DNA from: Octopus vulgaris
Taxonomy: Eukaryota
DNA length: 64,000 bases
Reading direction: 5' to 3'
Assembly: GCA_951406725.2 (NCBI GenBank)
Contig: OX597819.1
Coordinates: 86,428,001-86,492,000, forward strand
The position numbers and the translations under genes are program-made. The notes under the pieces were generated by a model that was not told where the DNA came from, ran no database searches, and worked only from the letters and a program-made list of their open reading frames with translations. Positions 50,073-64,000 of the stretch are shown piece by piece; the first letter of the stretch is position 1, and each line of letters begins with the position of its first letter.

Positions 50073-50735
50073 CTCAATATTGGTGGAGAGCTTCAGCCTT
50101 GTAGAGGTCCATGCACCACACCACCATGGCTCCACCCTTATCAGTTAGTTTTATGATAATGTCTTTGTAGTGCTGGAGACATTGAAGAGCTGAGAGTTCG
50201 GCTGGGGAGATGTTTAGATGTCGGGGAAGCCTGTGAAAGATAAACTAGTCTGCAACGCATTGACAAATGCCCGCAAAATGATCAACTGTTTGGAATTGGT
50301 CAGGAGCTGGCGTCCAGTGGGATGGTCGGCAGCCCAGGTTGGTGAAGCAGTCCTCTTCATTAGATGCAGGTTGTGGAATAGTGCATTAGATGCAGGTTGT
50401 GGAATAGTCCTCTTCATTAGATGCAGTGTTGTGGAATAGTGCATATAGCCTGACACAGCGCACAAAGCTATGAAGATCAGCATGAGTCTGAAATTCGTTA
50501 CTGGATGGAGTGGGGGGGGTGAAGTGTAGACCCCTACTGAGAAGAGAGCGCTCCGCCTCAGAGAGGAGAAGATCAGGAGGAATGTTAACAACAGACTGAA
50601 GTGGGGAGGGGTGGATGGGTCTGAGGTGGGAGGGGTGGTGGGGGTAGTGGAAGGCTGGGAAGAGGAAGAGGAGGGATAAATGTGAGTGTGGGGGGGTTGG
50701 AGTGACGGAGGGGTTGTCACACATACAGCTCTTGT
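50073..50735 (-). mobile_element. Penelope-like element fragment (region N-terminal to the RT core)
   Basis: Minus strand reads VVNIPPDLLLSEAERSLLSRGLHFTP and NISPAELSALQCLQHYKDIIIKLTDKGGAMVVWCMDLYKAEALHQ. These match the PLE 'LSRGL.F.P' and 'DIIIK.ADKG..VV' motifs. Confidence 0.8.
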
Positions 50736-51357
50736 AGAATGCAATTCTTTACTACTATATGACTGTAAACCCCATGGTGATTTAGCAGCAATAATCATAC
50801 TTATTTTTTAGCTAAATTGTGCAACTCAACACCTTCGCTCCATTTTCAAGCTGTGTATATGTCTGCTTCTGTCAAAGTTACCAGTTCTACTTTTATCTTT
50901 TTAAATTCACTCAATAAACATCTTTTTCTCCAGCATCCCAGCTGTGCCTTGTACTTTTATAACAAATCCATTTTGAACTTCTTTCAATAGCAAACATTAA
51001 TTTGAAGTGAGCTTTAACCAAGCTAATCTTATTTATCATAAATCTAAGAAAATCTGATAAAACAAGTTGTAAGATTAACAAATAAATAAAAATAATATAT
51101 AGGCCAAGGAAATACACATGGCAACAAAACTACTCACTCCACTTCAAAATGTTAACAAAGTAAATAAAACTACACAAGGACATCAATTTGAACGATGTTC
51201 AATCAGTTTGCTCTGTAGAACTAAAGAAATTCTGTAAAGACCGTGAATGAATTAGATTAAGTTGTTAAATAATTGAATAAATAAAACAATTTCATATCTT
51301 TTGGAAGGAAAGAATTATATCAGCAAAATATTGATTCTTATTTATTTTCATACTTAC

Positions 51358-51440
51358 AATTTTAACTTTTGACTTTTCCTCTGAAGCAATAGTGCCTTCC
51401 AGTTCTTTTTTTGTTTCTAATAATTTATTTACCAAACCAC
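51358..51440 (-). CDS. TRAF3IP1: TRAF3IP1/IFT54 (MIP-T3) coding exon, 83 bp
   Basis: Minus strand reads acceptor ttaaacag, then (G)GLVNKLLETKKELEGTIASEEKSKVKI, then donor gtaagt. This matches the conserved IFT54 'HGGLVKKILETKK' motif. It ends in phase 0, compatible with the exon at 12555-12778. Confidence 0.85.
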
Positions 51441-53039
51441 CTGTTTAAAAAATGAAAGGAAAAAAATTAAAAGTTGAGAAAGAAAAAAATCTTCAAAAAG
51501 TACAAATACAAAATATATTCAGAGCAAAGAATAAATTTTTCATTGATGCTGTATAGGTAGATTACTACAGTACACTTAAAAATTTTCAGAATGTATGGTA
51601 CATTTAGTGTTTACAGAAATTTATTCTTTCAAATTAAAAATATATGAATCTACCTCAGTAATTAGGTGTATTTTGTAAATACTGTGTTAGAAACTCAAAG
51701 TTTTAGAATTATTGCATCGTTTTTCACTAATCTAATGTCATTGAGTGTAGGATGTCTATTAATCATTTAAATCTGAATGTATCTTTTGCAAAGTTATATC
51801 AACATACTTGACTTAATCTGGAAATAAATTTTGTGCAGCTATTATAACAAGACAAATCCATCTCACCTGTTTATGCTGATTCAAAATACAAATATCAAAA
51901 TTGTTTATAATTTAGTTGTTATGATATAATAAGAATACATCAAAGTTAGTCTTGGTTGATCTAAATCATTTCAAAGAAAAATAATAAAGATGTGAACAGG
52001 TTTTCCAATTCTTTAGATTGTAAGAGTTAAATGTGTCGGTATAATTTATTTGCAAACTGTTGGAGTTGTCAGGAATGATATTTATTTGCAGCATTAGGTG
52101 TTATATTCCATTATTTGTAATAATTTGTTCAAAGATTTGAGCTCCATTTTCTTCCCAACTCTGTGATTAAAACTATTTGGTATAATTTTTCTTACTCATC
52201 AAAGTAGTGATTTCATTACAACAAAGCTTTAAGTGAAATGGCTCCCAATATAACAAAACATGTTTTAAAGTTCTTCTTTGTAGTGTCAAAAACTATCTCC
52301 TTTTAGATGGCAGGTATGTATATTTCATTGTTTATAACCAATGATAACATATGAGGAAAAAAAAAAAAAAAAAAGGAGAAAGACACTGTGCCCTAGGGAG
52401 CACCAGGTATGCCTTATTTTTATTTTTGCCTTTCCTTCCCATAACATCATCCCTATGCAAACTTTTAGCATGTCTTTCCTGCAGGGGTAGACCTGCAACT
52501 ATTTAAATGAAACAATGACTGTGTTAAGCTCACCTGTCTTGGTGGACCTGCAAAAGTCATGGAGACTGCACTTTCCTCTAGACTCAACAAGTGGATCTAC
52601 AAAACCTATTGCAGGTAGATGTGAATGGTAAATAAATATACCTGACCATCAACCTTCAATGTTTTAAAGAACCAGCATCACCAGGCTTGAGTTCTATCAG
52701 AGTGGCAATTCCCTATCACAAATCTTGACAAATCACACCTACTTAGACACTAGCAAATAACCGTTTAGCATTCACATTACTTTGTCAAATGTAATACTTG
52801 TTCATTTGCATTGTTTTGAATTGTGCATTATCTCATAGCTTTGAGATTTCAATGATATGATAGTTTATTTTTAAAATGACATTGTAGAGTAGGTGTGAAA
52901 GGCTAGATCTGGCTGACTAAAACTGATAGAAAATTTTGGCTTGATACAGCCAGTTTAAAAACTAACGGGTTAAACCAGTCATATCTGGCCGAAATATTCT
53001 ACCTTATTTTATGTTCAAATTCTCACACCTACCCAACAA

Positions 53040-53948
53040 CATCATCATCGTTTAACGTCCACTTTCCATGCTAATATGGGTTGGACGATTTGACTGAGGG
53101 CTGGCGAACCAGGCTGCAATCTTGATCTGGCAGAGTTTCTACAGCTGGATGCCCTTCCTAATGCCAACCACTCTGTGAGTGTAGTGAATGCTTTTATGTG
53201 CCACCGGCATGGAGGCCAGTCAGGCGGTACTGGCAACGACCTCGCTTGAATCTTTTTACACATGCCACCGGCACAGGTGCCAGGAAGGCGATGCTGGTAA
53301 CAATCATGCACAAATGGAGCCTTTATGTGCCACTGGCACAGAAGCTGGTTAGCCGCTCTGTCAACGATCACACTTATAGGGTGCTCTTTGCACCCTGCTA
53401 GCACAGATGTCAGTCATCGAATTTGATTTTGATTTGGATTTCACTTGCCTCAACAGGTCTTCGCAAGCAGAATTTAGTGTCCAAAGAAGGAAAAGGTACG
53501 CATAAGTGGGCTGGTTACGCCCCTGGCATAGGCCACGAGGTTATGGTCTCATTTGGCTTGATGGGTCTTCTCAAGCACAGAATATTTCCAAAAGTCTTGG
53601 TCACTAGTCATTTCCTTGGTGAGGCCTAAAGTTTGAAGGTTATGCTTCACCACTTCATCCCAGGTCTTCCTGGGTCTACCTCTTCCGCAGGTTCCCTCAA
53701 TTGCTAGGGTGTGGCACTTTTTCACACAGCTATCCTCATCCATTCTTGCCACATGACCATACCAGCAGAGTCGTCTCTCTTGCACACCACATCTGATGCT
53801 TCTCAGGTCCAACTTTTCTCTCAAGGTATTTACACTCTGTCGAGTATGCACACTGATATTACACATCCATCAGATCATACTGGCTTCATTCCTTGTGAGC
53901 TTACGCATATCCTCAGCAGTCACAGCCCATGTTTCACTGCCATGTAGC
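53040..53948 (-). mobile_element. 3' fragment of an RTE LINE (related subfamily with a different 3' UTR)
   Basis: LDLRSIRCGVQERRLCWYGHVARMDEDSCVKKC...GRGRPRKTWDEVVKH, plus the shared tail and (atc)n. Confidence 0.9.
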
Positions 53949-56309
53949 CATTCTATAAACAAACAATCACATCACCAGAATCTTACCTCTATAAGATAAA
54001 GGCATTATTATTTCAAATCGATGAGAATATGTAGCTGACAGTCACCACAACGCTAAAGGTTAATTTGATTGAGTGAACTTTAATTGCTTCCTCTGCATTC
54101 AGTATTAGCTCTTGACTTACTGTTGCCACTGATTGCTCTCCTATACTCCTCTTTGGTCTACATCCTTAGATTACTGAGTACTTCAGATGTTGGTGCAACA
54201 AGAAAAGTGTTTCCAGTATGCCCTTACAAAATATCATACTGAAAATCTAGTCTATTGATAATCTAGGGGTCTCAAACAGTTATTCAGTCACCTTTACTAA
54301 CTGAGGGTATTAACTATAACAAACTGAGCATTACTCATTCAACCTAAAACTCCAAAAAAACCCATGTGATTTCAAGGTCAGTCTCACTGCAGGGTGCCTT
54401 GCCTTGAGGAGGCATCTTGTACTTGTAGCCCTGGGCTGACTAGGGCTTTGTAAATGTATTTGGTAGGTGGAGACTGACAGAAGCCAATAATCTGTGTATA
54501 TATTGTGTGTGTGTGTGTATGTATGTGTATATATATATATGTGTGTGTGTGTTCGTGTCTCTTTGTCTTGACATTGTACAAATGTTGTAAACAAGCATCA
54601 TCAACATACAAGCGATGCTGTTCATTTCCAACCTTCTGCAAAAACATGTCCAGCCATGGGAGAAAATTACCTTGCTTGAAATGAGGCAAGAGAAGGGCAT
54701 TCAGCCATAGAAAATCTGCCTCTGTGAATTCTGTTTGAACCATGCAAACATGGAAATGCAAATGTTAAAACAATGATGATGATGATGATAATGATAAAAA
54801 TCCTTTTATGAAATTTTGTCGGAGGAGGCAACTCAATTAAATCAACGCCAGTGTTCAACTAGTACTTATTTCATCAACCCTGAAAGGATGGAAGATAAAG
54901 TCGACCTTGGTAGAATGTGAACCCAGAACATAAAGAAAGACAATATACTGCTAAGCACAGCCTTCTTGATGATGATAATAACTTTCATTGCATATTTATA
55001 TATTTAGTGTAGCACAAATTATCCAAACAATTTTGTATATCTTTGTATGTAATGGATAGAATTTATATAGCCATAGAAATTATTAGCATTTAGAATTCTC
55101 ATGTAAAATAATTAAACTTGCTAGAAGAGTTAGTAAACAGGTGTATCCTGATTAGTTTTCCAAAATCTGTTAATATTCAGAGACTTTGTATTTTAATACT
55201 TAGCTAGATATAAAAGAACATTCCTTCTAATTTTGGTATATATTTATATACAAAATACATTTATAAAATTCAATAGATATAACACTTAACTACAGTTAAG
55301 TATATTATGAAAATTTCTGAAGACAATATATAACTTCTATCAGCAATACTGCCACCTATCTTAAAACTAATGATTGATGTTATTATGACAACCCGACCTG
55401 TGTGTGTGTGTGTGTGCAAGAGAGAGAGAGAGACTATGTGTGCTGTATGAATAAGTATTAACACATGAAACATTAATGTTTATATGTATGAGATGCATGT
55501 GTTTATATATGCCTGAGCTGTGTGTATATATACCTGTGTGGTGAAAGCTGTGTACAAGTAAGTGTATATATGTTTACAAACTGCGTGCGTGTGTGTGCAC
55601 ACATGTATGTATATGCATATGTGTGTGTATATATGTATGTATATATTACAGGTGTATTAACTCAGGTGTATTAACTATGCTTTGTTTCATTGGTATAATG
55701 TATTGTAGAACATATTCATAAGTTTATTATCCAACAATGTCTCGAGGGATATAAACAAAACGTCTGTACTATAGGTTCATGGATAGGAAAAGAAGGAACA
55801 GTTGTATATTTGCTTCAATTCTTGTTGGAATTTTCATCAATCACTATGTCCTGCCTCTTAACTGTTCATGAACACACTCCTTGTAAATCAAATATTAGGG
55901 GTTAAAGTATATACAGTGTACTGTTCAATTATTGGAGAGATCAACAATAAAAGTACTCCTCTAGCATGAAATGAATATTTAATATACACAAGATTTAAAT
56001 GTGAACTACTATAAGTTTAACCTTTTAGCATTCAAACTGGCCCAATATATAATATTCTAAGAGTTTTATGTTAAAACTGGCCAGATGAAGCCTCTCACAC
56101 CTATCCCGTATTGTTTTCCTAAAACTAAGTAATCACATCATTGAAGGCCCGGTACTTTTAGATAATGCATGATTAATTCAAAACAATACAAATAAATAAG
56201 CCTTACATTTGACATAGTAATCTGAATGCTAAAGAGTAGAAACTCTGATAATATAATTATCAGATAAGGCCATGCTGCATGCTGTGTACGACTGTGCAAT
56301 ATCCAGGCT

Positions 56310-56665
56310 AAAACAAAAAAATAAGGCAAGAGTACTCAGAGAGTGCAAACCTCTGCCAACGATTAGCCAGAGATGAGTTTTAAAATGAAAATATCTGAAA
56401 TAAACTCGACTGCTCTCACAAATGAGAATACTTACAATGAACCTGACCACTCTCAAAAATTAAGTAAAAAAACAGGGAAAATAATCCAAAATCTTTGTCC
56501 AGTACTGGATCGATCCCAATACCTAATCGGGTTGTGCCAGTCATGAGCCAAATATCCCTGAAAGTTTCATCCGAATCCATCCTGTGGTTCTTGAGATATC
56601 TTATCCACAGACAAACAAACAAAGATGACTGAAACAATACCTCTGCCTTCACTAAGGCAAAATTA
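56310..56665. mobile_element. Possible non-autonomous Helentron/DINE-like element
   Basis: Begins caagagtactcagagagtgcaaacctctgcc and ends (acaa)n...aatacctctgccttcactaaggca with a short hairpin. The architecture resembles HINEs. Confidence 0.4.
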
Positions 56666-57142
56666 AGAAAAACATCTAAATACTTTTGGTAAAGTTCTCA
56701 CAGCTTTTTCTACTTGTAGCACATAAAAACTTCTAACAATGTATGTAGCTAGGATATTTTTTTATTGCCAAGATAACCCGATCAGTGTCTTTTGAACGGA
56801 GTTATTCTAGCTGTCTATCCTGCCACAAAAGCCTCAAAAGGATAACAGAGTTAGTCTCCAAAAGAAATGAGAAATTTGCAATAGTGATTCATGCAAACCC
56901 AACTTTGCATAAACGTCACCACCATCATCATCATTGTCAATGCTGTCATTGTCATCATCATTGTGTGTTCTCATACTAATGTCTACTTTGCCATGTTTGC
57001 ATGGGTCAGATAATATTTCCAAGTGAAGTAATATTTTTCTCTTTTCTAGATATGTTTTCACAGAAAATTGCAAACAATGTCACCCACCTCTAATATGACA
57101 AAAATGGGGCTTCAATTTGAGAATACTATTAGTATAAGGACT

Positions 57143-57174
<32 letters not shown>

Positions 57175-59219
57175 ATGGCTTCTTTCAGTCTCCATCTACA
57201 TAGCATCATAATCATACCATCATAATCATTTTTATGTTCACGTTTCCATGTTGGTCTGGGTTCCTTGAAACTCATTGAGGCAAATTTTCTGTGGCCAGAC
57301 AATCCTCCTATTACCAGCCACTTGTTTTCCAAGTAAGGTTATTTTCATTCCAATGGCCTGCACATGTCAGCTGAACATTTTTTTACTGGAGAATGAAGAC
57401 ACACACACAGGGCTGTGTAGGTTCAGTCCCACTGTGTGGCCCCTTGAGTAAGTGTGTTCTACTATAGCTATAAACTGTTTGTAACTGTCATACAACCAGT
57501 AGCATTCATTTCCAATATTTTGTGAAAACATATTTGATGATGAGGAAATATTACTTTACTTGGAAACAGGTGAGGGATTGTGGTGACAGGAAGAACATCT
57601 GACCATAGAAAATCTGCCTCAAATCTGTTTGACCTATACTAGCATGGAAAAATAGATGCTAAAACAATGATGATGATCATCATCATCATACACACACACA
57701 TTATGGCCTTTGGTACAGTTTATGTGAATGAATTCCAATGGTTGGCCTTAGGTTTTAGTACGAAACACTTGCCTAAGATGTGATGCACTAAAACTGAACC
57801 TGAAACCATGTGGCTGTGAAGTGAACTTAATAACCACATACCTGTCACTGTGGCTATAATTAGGTGGTTGCAAAGCAAACTGTGTTAGTACACAGTTATA
57901 TCTCTGCCAATATCAAGACATGTCAGTGTATGTGTACTTTTTTACCATAATATACATAATATACATGTATTAGATTGTATAATCACCTAAAATGAGATGA
58001 AATGTTTCATTTATTGACTGAGAAATAGAACCAAGAACTGAACTTCAAATGAGCTTATATCTCATTGAACATTATCATTAATTTTGTTTGTTTATTTTCT
58101 TTCTCCACCCAAGAACATCAGAGAACCCTATACAAAGAGATTATATCTAAGGCACTTGTATTTCCTTCACTTCAAATGGAGTGGCAGCAGGTTTTGCTAT
58201 AATGAAGCAAAGGAAGGTTAGCCGAATGCATCACAAAACATTAGAAAGAAAATTAGAAGATCCATAGTTTTGTTTCAATTTAAAAGATGAAAAAAAAAAA
58301 GAAAGAAGAAAATCATGAATCCATTTTCTTACATTCTTAACGGTAAACCATTAATCGTCTTGCATGAAAAGACAGATTATTTGTCTATATATTCAAACAA
58401 TGACATACATAAATATGCAAGCTTGTACACTAAACAATTATACTAATAGCACATGCACACATGCTTGGTTAAGGAATGCTAAAGAAAACTTGCACATTTA
58501 TGTATGCCATTGTGTATGCTCTTAAAATTGAGGCCTTAGACAAAAAGGAGAACTTTTTAGTCTGTAAGCAAGAAGTTATAAGCCACAAAGTTTTTGGCTT
58601 ATAACTGATAAAGACAGGACTACCAATTCTACAGTAAAAAACAGATAGTGGTATCAAAAAGAAGCACTATTGACTCCTAAGGTACTGCTGCCTGACAAAC
58701 TGAAAAAGAATCTGGTAAAAAAACCCATCACAAGAACAATGCAATTTTAAGAGCAATACTGTCAATTAATTTAGGTCTCTTAAGATTTGGAGTGTTTTTT
58801 TTTCTTACCCTGCTGACATGCCAAACATATATCTCAGTGATGAGTTTATCAAATGTATTTCCTTCTACCTGGGTGAATACAGAATTATCTCCTAAAATAT
58901 GATTATGAAGATTTGTTTTTTAAAAATAAAAATGATTCTAATGGTTTAACAGAGTCTTTGGAATGTCTAGCACAACTGGTTATTTTCGTTTCTTTCATTC
59001 AAAATAAGAGATCCACAGACGCTGTCAATATATTAAAATGTTTCACAAATTCCTTAGTCTTGGTGGCATCATCTTGCTCACAGAATCAATCAGAACTTGC
59101 TTAACATTATTTTCTAAAAGCCTTCCAAAGTTCCTCAGTTAAACACTGAATAACATCGTGCAAACAAATATGTAGTATTCTAATTCATAATAGATGATTT
59201 GTTCAGTTTTATTCTGTAA

Positions 59220-59609
59220 CTAGCAGTATCGCCCAGCGTTGCTCGGGTTTGTTTCGACCCTTTAGAATTGGAATTTTTGAAAAGCAAAAATTTTGCATTA
59301 TGTAGCTTGTTATTTTCTTTAAGTGAACATTTTTCTGGTTGAAATACACCAAAAAATGGCAACACAGCAGTCAAAAAATCGTAAAAAATAGGGATTTTCA
59401 TAGAAAAAAAGCACCTTTTTGATGTAAATAATTTTTGGTCTTAACATGGTCCAATTTGAATTTTGTCTTCTACGGAATGAAGAGGAAGCCTTCTTCTATC
59501 ATACTCTCAATTTTGGTCAACTTGTGCCGCAGGGTCTTGGAGGAGATAGTGTTAGTTGAAGGCTACCAAACCTGCCACACACAGACAACTTCAGCTTTAT
59601 ATATATAGA
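59220..59609 (-). mobile_element. Non-autonomous Helitron
   Basis: On the minus strand it starts 5'-TC, ends with a GC-rich hairpin (ccgagcaacgctggg) then CTAG-3', and sits between host A and T with no TSD. Confidence 0.75.
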
Positions 59610-60639
59610 TTAGTAACATGTCTATTATTTATAATATCCATTTTAAAATGTTCCTTTTAATATCACTGTTTTGTTTTTAAATTTAAGATTTTCATCTATT
59701 TAAACAGACCCTTGTGTTGTATTAGTTTGCCTTGCGTTTCAGTCTTCTCTCTTTTGAGAATAATCACTCTTTTCACTCCTGGTCAATAGGCTTCATTACT
59801 TTCTCTTTCCCACTTTCTTACCAGCAGTATCTTCTCTAAGAGCATTTTCAAATTTCTTGTTTTTTTTCCCCCACATTAGTTATCTTCATCATCTTCAGAA
59901 CTTTTCCAAATGATCCCTGTTTCATTGTTAGTAGATGCTGTCTTCTCAGTAAATTCCTCTTTATTGACACACATTCCATTACTTTTTTTTGTTTCCACAG
60001 TAAAATCCATTTTTTGACCAAGTTGATTCTTCATTTCCATTTACAATATTACGTGTATGTTCCAATGTTGATTCTTTCTCCACTGAAGTGTATTATGACA
60101 CTTTTATCCATGTAAAAACACACATGTACAACTGTATTATGTTTACAAACAGCATCTCCAAGCACCGTGTACAAATGTAAAAAGAGCACCGTGTACAAAT
60201 ATACAAACAGCATCTCTGAGCACTGAGATGGCATAATGCAAAGAGCAACTATGTTTGTGCCACATAAAAAAAAACACCCAAGCTGGTGTCATATAAAAGA
60301 CATTCATGCTGACATCATGAAAAAAGCACCAACATTGGCACCATGTAAAGATTACCTGTACTGACACTCTATAAAACACACCTGTGCTGGTGCCATGTAA
60401 AAAGCTCCCTTGTTGACACCACATGAAGGGCACCCAATACACTTCATCTCATGAGATTTTTTTCCCCTATCTCTGGAGATGATATTTCAGTGAACTTTAG
60501 TTTTCTGACGCATATTAATGCATATAGTTTTCATTGTTGATATAAATTGCTTCAGCTTCACATCCATTGTCTGGCATAATGAGAATCTAGCACCAGCTGA
60601 GTTTGTACATATATTTCCAAATTGAATTCTAGAAATTCT

Positions 60640-60862
60640 CACTCTCTTTTACTCTTTTACTTGTTTCAGTCATTTGACTGTGGCCATGCTGGAACACCGC
60701 CTTTAATCGAGCAACTCGACCCCGGGACTTATTCTTTTGTAAGCCTAGTACTTATTCTATCGGTCTCTTTTGCTGAACCGCTAAGTAACGGGGACATAAA
60801 CACACCAGCATCGGTTGTCAAGCAATGCTAGGGGGACAATCACAGACACACAAACACACACA

Positions 60863-60938
<76 letters not shown>

Positions 60939-61093
60939 ACGGGCTTCTTTCAGTTTCCGTCTACCAAATCCACTCACAAGGCTTCGGTCGGCCCGAGGCT
61001 ATAGTAGAAGACACTTGCCCAAGATGCCATGCAGTGGGACTGAACCCGGAACCATGTGGTTGGTTAGCAAGCTACTTACCACACAGCCACTCC
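60640..61093 (-). mobile_element. Intact tRNA-derived SINE with a central (TA)n
   Basis: Minus-strand head ggagtggctgtgtggtaag...gggttcagtccc (A and B boxes) and tail aagtaaaagagtaaaagag. Partial or diverged copies lie at ~22310-22520 and ~49140-49420. Confidence 0.85.
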
Positions 61094-61149
61094 ATCGCCT
61101 ATGATTAGAACTTAGGTACTTTTTATGAAGTTTTTGTCTTTAATTGTTA

Positions 61150-61560
61150 TTTCAACAATGTTATTAAAAGAAAAGGTTGTTAGACTCAGTTTCACATTGT
61201 CAACAAGTTGTATATTATTTTTAAATTAAAAATTTAGTGCTTATTATTGGTCAGAAGAATTTTGTTCCATGAGCAGGCTAATGATGAGGTCAGGTTGATC
61301 CAATTTATTCATGATTTCTTTTATATTATTAAAACTATCTTCAAAGTTTCCACCATGATTTAGGGATCTGGTGGGTGATATGTTGTATATATCACTACAT
61401 TGAGCTGCATTATATATACTATAAATGTGTCACAATCCACGTTTGTTTGTAACAACGGATGGCAACTCCACCATGATTTAAAAAATTTCCAATCAGTACA
61501 AAAGACAGCATATGTATCATACTATGGAATTATTTTTATAATAAAATAATGTAGTAATTT
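61150..61560 (-). mobile_element. Very decayed LINE endonuclease remnant
   Basis: Minus-strand HGGVAI and PPD motifs only, with many stops. Confidence 0.3.
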
Positions 61561-63459
61561 GGTTCAAATCATTTCTATAATAACTTTCAATGGTTTTACT
61601 GAGATTTTTCATCTTTCATAATATTTTCAATCCACAAATCCAAGTGACTGGCAGGATGCTAGAACAGCACTATCTTCCTCAGAGCAATCGTCAAAGGCTC
61701 TTCAATGACTGATCAGGGACCACTTCATCTTCTTAGATACATAGTTGCTTCTCTGATCAACCTGTCTCCATAACTAATTTCAAGCAGTGTTTGAATCTCA
61801 TTCTTGGAAGTAGTTTATATTGGTATTATTAATGCCAAAACAGGCTCTACTCTGTTTGCCACCAGGTATAGAGAACATGAGTGTAGCAAAGGTTCATGTG
61901 TAAGAGCTCTTGTTCATCAACCAATGAGCTGTTTTGTGTATGTAATTGTGTTGTCTCAACAGAACTGATCCAGGACTACACAACCACAGAGACACTGAGG
62001 TCCCTGTGGAAGAGCAATGAGGCATTGAGAATAATATGAGGATGCATAATACTAGCTGTGAGCAGTAAGCGGTAGTTTACTAGTAACTAGTAGGCAACTA
62101 TTTTTCAAATTCCTCCACTAAATTCTCCAACTTGCCATCATAACTTTGAGGATTATAGCTCAGGGGTCCACTACACCAAATTCCTTTGCTAATAAGAAAT
62201 TCATATTTAATATCTCACAGTAGTGCAAAAGAGTAATCCCTGGGTGGCACAATACATTATGAATTTTGACAAGAGATCAGTGATCATAAAATGTCACTCT
62301 GCAATATGATTTGGAAAATACACAGAGAACAACATTATGTTCAGCAGGCTGATACTAAAGTTGTTATGTGATATCTCCGTTCCCCAATGTAATACTTGCC
62401 ATCATTTATCTTATTCCTACAATATTTATGAAGCATGAAGCTTATTGAATACTGGTCAGTCTCTATAGTGAAATGCCTATTTATCAGGTAGTGGTGCCAG
62501 TGACAAGAGGTTTCATTAATAGACTGAGTTTCGTTTTCAGTCAAAGCATGGTGTTTTCATCTAAAGAAACCAGGCAATTGTTTTAAATGAGAAAGACTAC
62601 AAACACTGCATCTGATAAATTTGTCTCAACTTCCAATGGTACGGACTCATTGAGAGCTTTTACCACTGATACTTCAGAGACAGAAAATTGAGTGAGTTCC
62701 TATTATTGTTGACCAACTCAGGTAATATTTATTTCAATCACAACTGTTATCATATCATATAAACTTTTCACCTTAAATAGTTAGAATTATTAATTTTATG
62801 ACAATTTGGACATAAAGTTACCTCAAGTTTAAAGTTTTAACAATTGCATATTTAAATGTTTTTAAATAATCAATTATATTTTCCAATATGCCAAAAAAAA
62901 AAAGAAAAGAAAGAGAAAAAGAAATAATAAAAAAGGAAAAAAAAAACTTAAAATTAATATTTTAAGTTTTTGAGAGATTTGAAATGCAGCTGAGTTATAT
63001 CTACAGACAACATAATGTAAGGAAGTTCTATCACATCTTTGACAAAAATAAAGATTAGAAATTTAATACTGAAAACAGGTGGTTCTTATAACAAGAAAAA
63101 CAGAACATTTCAGGTTGTTACATAACAAGGTAATGAAAATGGTCAATAACAATAACCAACTCAAATACTTTCAAATTCTCTCATTTCTCAGAGACTACCA
63201 GTGAGGCTTCTTAAAAGACCTGCTCCCTTATGTGACATGTTAACGGGCTTGCACTTAAGAGAAGTTTGGTGAGACCAGTGTTGTTGCTTCACACTGATTT
63301 TGTTTTCAATTAACTTTGAAAATAACAGAGTATTTAATAAAATAATTGTGTGTTACTATTAACCTCATTTTTGATATATAAATTAATATTGTTTTGATGT
63401 ATGTTTTTAAATTAGTTCACTTTAAAACAAGAAGTTTATATCATAGAACCAGGCAGGTT

Positions 63460-63750
63460 CGTATCAAAACAGTTAACCATGTTTGGCATGCAAATCTCCA
63501 GTCAAAACTTTCTCTTTATGGGTTCCACCCATCTTTCATCCCTTGGACTAATACTGCTTCCTATTGTATCACATCATTTGTAGCATGTGTTGACAGAACT
63601 CTTTCTGCCCCACTCTCAACCAACTCTGGTGCCTCACAGGGTTTGATTTTGCCTCCTTTTTTCTTCTTTCGTTACATCAATGACCTTACAACTTGCTACC
63701 ACATGCAACAACACCCACTCTTATGCTGATGACATAATTCTTTATTTAAA
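63460..63750 (+). mobile_element. Decayed LINE RT fragment (CR1/Jockey group)
   Basis: VWHANLQSKL..YG, NSGASQGLILPP..F..YINDL and HSYADD motifs with a frameshift. Confidence 0.7.
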
Positions 63751-64000
63751 AGCAACAGGACTCAAGCACAACTTTCTCTCACTCACTATCTCTCTCTCAC
63801 TCACTATCTCTCTCTCACATACATATATATTTTCCTTTCCAAGGTCCTCTTTTGAAGCTAGCTTGGAAAGCATTACTGAGACATAAATTTCCAGCTGGAC
63901 ACCCATCCTGTGGCTAAACAATACTAGTTATTCAGATCAGGGAACCCTTATCCCATTTATCTCCATAGCCATAAAACCTATTTATTGATAACAAAAAATA

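Noticed and set aside
59875-60040. Short purine-rich minus-strand ORF (MEMKNQLGQK…SSEDDEDN) as a possible upstream IFT54 exon
   Set aside because: It ends in a stop without a convincing donor site and shows no recognisable IFT54 similarity. It may be a decayed element.

Overview
AT-rich metazoan DNA, most likely Octopus or another cephalopod, judged from the SINE families, (TA)n/(CA)n tracts and RTE LINE (inference). Almost all of it is intron of a minus-strand TRAF3IP1/IFT54 gene, of which two coding exons are visible (51358-51440 and 12555-12778, separated by a ~38.6 kb intron). The introns hold tRNA-derived SINEs, RTE, CR1-type and Penelope-like retroelement fragments, mariner/Tc1/pogo remnants, MITEs and a Helitron. 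The standout feature is a ~15 kb chimeric insertion (33791-48967). A ~10.8 kb tandem array of 334/478-bp units is fused directly to the 5' end of an apparently full-length RTE LINE whose ORF has an APE endonuclease, an RT and an internal PHD-type finger. The terminal array units carry dense, unit-specific, purely A-to-G substitutions on the LINE sense strand, with ADAR-like neighbour preference. This looks like a hyper-edited (A-to-I) RNA written back into the genome by the LINE reverse transcriptase. All counts are manual and no database searches were run.
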